This document shows positions 61,061 to 64,000 of a DNA stretch of 64,000 nucleotides, piece by piece. This stretch comes from Azolla caroliniana (taxonomy: Eukaryota; Plantae; Polypodiophyta): NCBI GenBank assembly GCA_043228905.1, contig JBHGNT010000015.1, positions 17,174,001 through 17,238,000 on the forward strand, written 5' to 3'. A program made the position numbers and the translations under genes. The notes under the pieces are model-generated. The model saw only the letters and a list, made by a program, of their open reading frames with translations. It ran no database searches and was not told where the DNA came from. The stretch's first letter is position 1. The number at the start of each line of letters is the position of its first letter.

Positions 61061-61963
61061 ATGATGGTGACTGAAGATATCAATTTGAAGAAACAGAAGA
61101 TTGATCATCCGAATCAGCAAAAGGAGGATATAGATATGGTGCAGAAGCCATCATATGCCCAAGTTGCGGTTGAAGGGGAGGAAGCGGCAATGAGTGATCA
61201 ATATTGGGAGACAATCCATGCTATTGCAAACCAAGCATTACATAACGTGCTACCCGATGATGAAGAGATTTTGGTGGACACAATGACTGATGATATTGTG
61301 GAGGTGGAACTGCCCCGCAAGGACATCTTGAAGGCCTTTTCCATGTTCCATGATCGAGGTATTATTTGTTTCTTTACTGGAAAAATTCTCCTAGTTGATT
61401 GGGTCCGGCAATGGTTAAATGTTATGGTGGGTAGAAATACTGTGGAGGATGTGTATAAAGGTCCAAGAGGTTTTTTTGAGGTTATATTTCGTACTGAAGA
61501 ACAAAGAGATAGATTATTATCTCGTATCGCAGTTTTCTTCAATAATAAGTTGTTATACATTGTTCCATGGCGACCATTAGCAAATTTTGAAGAGATTTTG
61601 AAGCAGGAGTGTCCAATATGGGTTGAAGTAGAGTGTAAATTCTCATTTTTGTGGCCCATTATACAAAGTGTAATGGAACAACTTGAAAAAGTGATAGTTG
61701 CTCCAGATCCAAAAGTGCGTAATAGATATAGGTTATGTATGTTGTGGAATACAACTAAGAAGAGACCGTTGTGGTTAAATATAAAATCGAAGGAAATGCG
61801 GTCATTTCGTTGCCAATTGCATTGGGGTTCATTTGCTGGTCATTGTTTTAAATGTGGTGGATTGGGTCATTTTATGGCTGAATGTCAAAAAATACCAATT
61901 GGTGAACAAAAGTCAGGAGGTAATGATATGGTAATGCTAAATCAAGTAACGCAAGAACATTAG
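61061..61963 (+). CDS. LINE ORF1 (RRM-like/DUF4283-type region plus zinc knuckle), probably prematurely terminated
   Basis: GFFEVIF..EEQRD, PW...PIWVE and CFKCGGLGHFMAEC. Coding-like sequence with stops continues to ~62.46 kb. Confidence 0.8.
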   Translation: MMVTEDINLKKQKIDHPNQQKEDIDMVQKPSYAQVAVEGEEAAMSDQYWETIHAIANQALHNVLPDDEEILVDTMTDDIVEVELPRKDILKAFSMFHDRGIICFFTGKILLVDWVRQWLNVMVGRNTVEDVYKGPRGFFEVIFRTEEQRDRLLSRIAVFFNNKLLYIVPWRPLANFEEILKQECPIWVEVECKFSFLWPIIQSVMEQLEKVIVAPDPKVRNRYRLCMLWNTTKKRPLWLNIKSKEMRSFRCQLHWGSFAGHCFKCGGLGHFMAECQKIPIGEQKSGGNDMVMLNQVTQEH

Positions 61964-62495
61964 AGGAACACAAGTCAGGAGGTAAATATAGGTAAAGAAA
62001 ACACTATAGTGCCTTCGGAGCAAAAAGGTAAACGTGTTGTAGAAGAAGTGTTAGAAGAGTCTGAAACAGAGGAAAGACCTTGGACCAAGGTTGGTGATAA
62101 TGGAAGGTTCTCACGTTATCATAAGGAGAATGTTCCATTAAAATAAAGACAAGAACTCATAGGTTCATCTAGCAATCCTATGGGGTTATCAAAGGTGATT
62201 TCCAATCAATCTCAATGAAAATCAAAACCTTGGCATAGGTCTCATTATCAATCAAATCAAGTATCAAGACCTTTTAACCTTAGATTTGATAAAAATGGTA
62301 AAAACTCATTTCCCCATTAGAGAAGCAACTTTGGAAAGGAGGTAATTCAAGAGTCATAGAGGCATCGGTCCATAACCAGCTACCATCTGTACAAAATGCT
62401 TTTGCAGTCTTAAGTGATTATTTTGGAGATATCCTAGAGATATTAGCTCAACGGGAACGCGCTTAGGTTCTGAAGAAGTAACCTTATTAGTGTTG

Positions 62496-63947
62496 ATGAA
62501 GGTAGTCACATGGAATGTAAGGGGTGTTTGTTCTCCTTCTAAGAAGTTTGGTATGTGGAAAAATGTTTTTGAGGGGCAATGGGATATATTGTGTGCAATA
62601 AAGCATAAGGACCATGCTAAATCTGGGTCTTTTATTCAACATAATGGGTATCATGTCTGTTATGCGGGTGTCACTGGTGGACTTTATTCAGGTGTAATTC
62701 TTATTGTTAATGATACCTTGCAACCAGTGGTAGTTCAAAGTGATATACATGGTCGGTACATAGTGGTAGAGATAAGTTATGAAGGGCAAAGGATTTGGAT
62801 TGTTGCTATTTATGCACCAAATGAAGTCTCTCAATGTATTGAACTTTGGCAACGTTTGAATGAAGTTCTTAGTAATGGAAATCCAAGATTTTTATTGGGT
62901 GATTTCAATATGTGTTCAGAGGTGGGGCAATCTACTTCGATGCATAGTTTGATGGATGCTCCAGAAAGAGCGGCTTGGGATTTATTTGCAATAGAGGTTT
63001 TGAAGTATGATGCATGGCTTTGGATTAATGGAATAGATTCTGGGTATACTTTCCAATCCACACAATTTAGATCAACATGGAGTAGGTTGGATCGCATATA
63101 TATAATGCATGATGAAAGGTTTTTGCCAGAAGTGTTGATTATGCAAGTATATAGAGGTATTGCATCATCTGATCATTTTCCAGTTATCTTGGAATGCACA
63201 CATCAAGGGGTGGATGGTTTTAAAGCTTTATTGGGAAGACAATCACTTAGATTTAATTCTTCTTTTCTTGAGAATGAAAGTTTCAGGCATGCTATGGGAC
63301 AACTAGTTGGAGAATTTAGAAGACAAGTTAACATTGGTGGTGTTTCTTCATGGGATATTTGCCTTTCTAATATTCAACAGTTTGCTCGACATTATGAGAT
63401 TCTTCAAGCAAATGTACATAAACAAAAAGTGAGAGCACTCCAACAATTATTACACAGGTGTAATGCTTTGTTGGTCTCAAGCTCGATGGATGACGTATTA
63501 TTGGATATTCAAGTTACATTGAATCAAGCACTACAAGATCCTGAGGTCAGAAGTTATCAACGATTTCAGATGAGGGACCAAAAACAAGAGGTATATGATC
63601 ATAACTCTGTCTCACATAAATTCTTTCGTGGGTTACATGCATCTCATGCCAGAATGCATGTGGTCCGCATAGAAGTTGATGGAACTTTGAGTACAAATCC
63701 ACAAGTAATTATTGATAAATGTATTCAACATTTTACAAAACTTCTAGGTCATGAAAGTATTCTAGATAATGATATGAAAGAAGCACGAGCAATGTTTTTT
63801 CAATCCATCAAGGGCAATGTTAGGCAACAAGTTGTGATGAGTATAGAAGAGGACATAAGAGAAGAAGAGGTGGAGTATGTCTTATCACATCTTGCAAATG
63901 ATAAAAGTCCAGGTTGGGATGGAATTACAAACGAGTTTTACAAATGA
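62496..63947 (+). CDS. LINE ORF2 N-terminal part (APE endonuclease plus linker up to the RT start), ends at a premature stop
   Basis: MKVVTWNVRG, IYAPN, LGDFN, SRLDRIY, SDHFPV and KSPGWDGITNEFYK. Confidence 0.88.
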   Translation: MKVVTWNVRGVCSPSKKFGMWKNVFEGQWDILCAIKHKDHAKSGSFIQHNGYHVCYAGVTGGLYSGVILIVNDTLQPVVVQSDIHGRYIVVEISYEGQRIWIVAIYAPNEVSQCIELWQRLNEVLSNGNPRFLLGDFNMCSEVGQSTSMHSLMDAPERAAWDLFAIEVLKYDAWLWINGIDSGYTFQSTQFRSTWSRLDRIYIMHDERFLPEVLIMQVYRGIASSDHFPVILECTHQGVDGFKALLGRQSLRFNSSFLENESFRHAMGQLVGEFRRQVNIGGVSSWDICLSNIQQFARHYEILQANVHKQKVRALQQLLHRCNALLVSSSMDDVLLDIQVTLNQALQDPEVRSYQRFQMRDQKQEVYDHNSVSHKFFRGLHASHARMHVVRIEVDGTLSTNPQVIIDKCIQHFTKLLGHESILDNDMKEARAMFFQSIKGNVRQQVVMSIEEDIREEEVEYVLSHLANDKSPGWDGITNEFYK

Positions 63948-64000
63948 GTTTTTTAAATCATTTGTTCAAGATCTTCAAGGGCCCCTTGCGACAATCTTTC

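Larger units (their letters stand above)
60890..64000 (+). mobile_element. L1-clade LINE, 5' part; continues off the right edge
   Basis: Purine-rich (GA)n leader, ORF1 with CCHC knuckle, ORF2 with APE endonuclease. The 5' boundary is approximate. Confidence 0.9.

Overview
Eukaryotic, plant-type genomic DNA, probably a non-seed land plant such as a fern or lycophyte (inferred from the retroelement lineages present). About 75% of the window is nested, mostly decayed retrotransposons around one host gene. (1) 1-4556: 5' half of a minus-strand non-chromovirus Ty3/gypsy element with a tRNA-Trp PBS, an FLDD RT motif and a -1 frameshift pseudoknot placed between protease and RT. (2) 8464-26327: a minus-strand Ty1/copia element with three nested insertions, most of it tandemly duplicated as a near-identical 7032-bp unit whose middle copy is chimeric, consistent with unequal crossing-over. 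(3) 26328-37762: a Tnt1/Tork-like copia interrupted by a full-length, apparently self-priming Tcn1-like chromovirus (28437-34140) and a solo LTR. (4) A truncated copia at about 37.8-39.7 kb. (5) An intronless subgroup-22 (MYB44/73-like) R2R3-MYB gene at 46038-48038, with internal repeats and a MYB-site-rich promoter. (6) A copia at 54946-~60490 with an in-frame C-terminal pol extension, a 5S rRNA-derived fragment (60561-60626) and an L1-type LINE running off the right edge. Most notable: four insertions sharing the TGTCGTGAA-type terminus all sit at 4-bp target sites centred on CpG (ACGT, TCGG, GCGG, CCGG). This suggests a CpG-targeting gypsy lineage.
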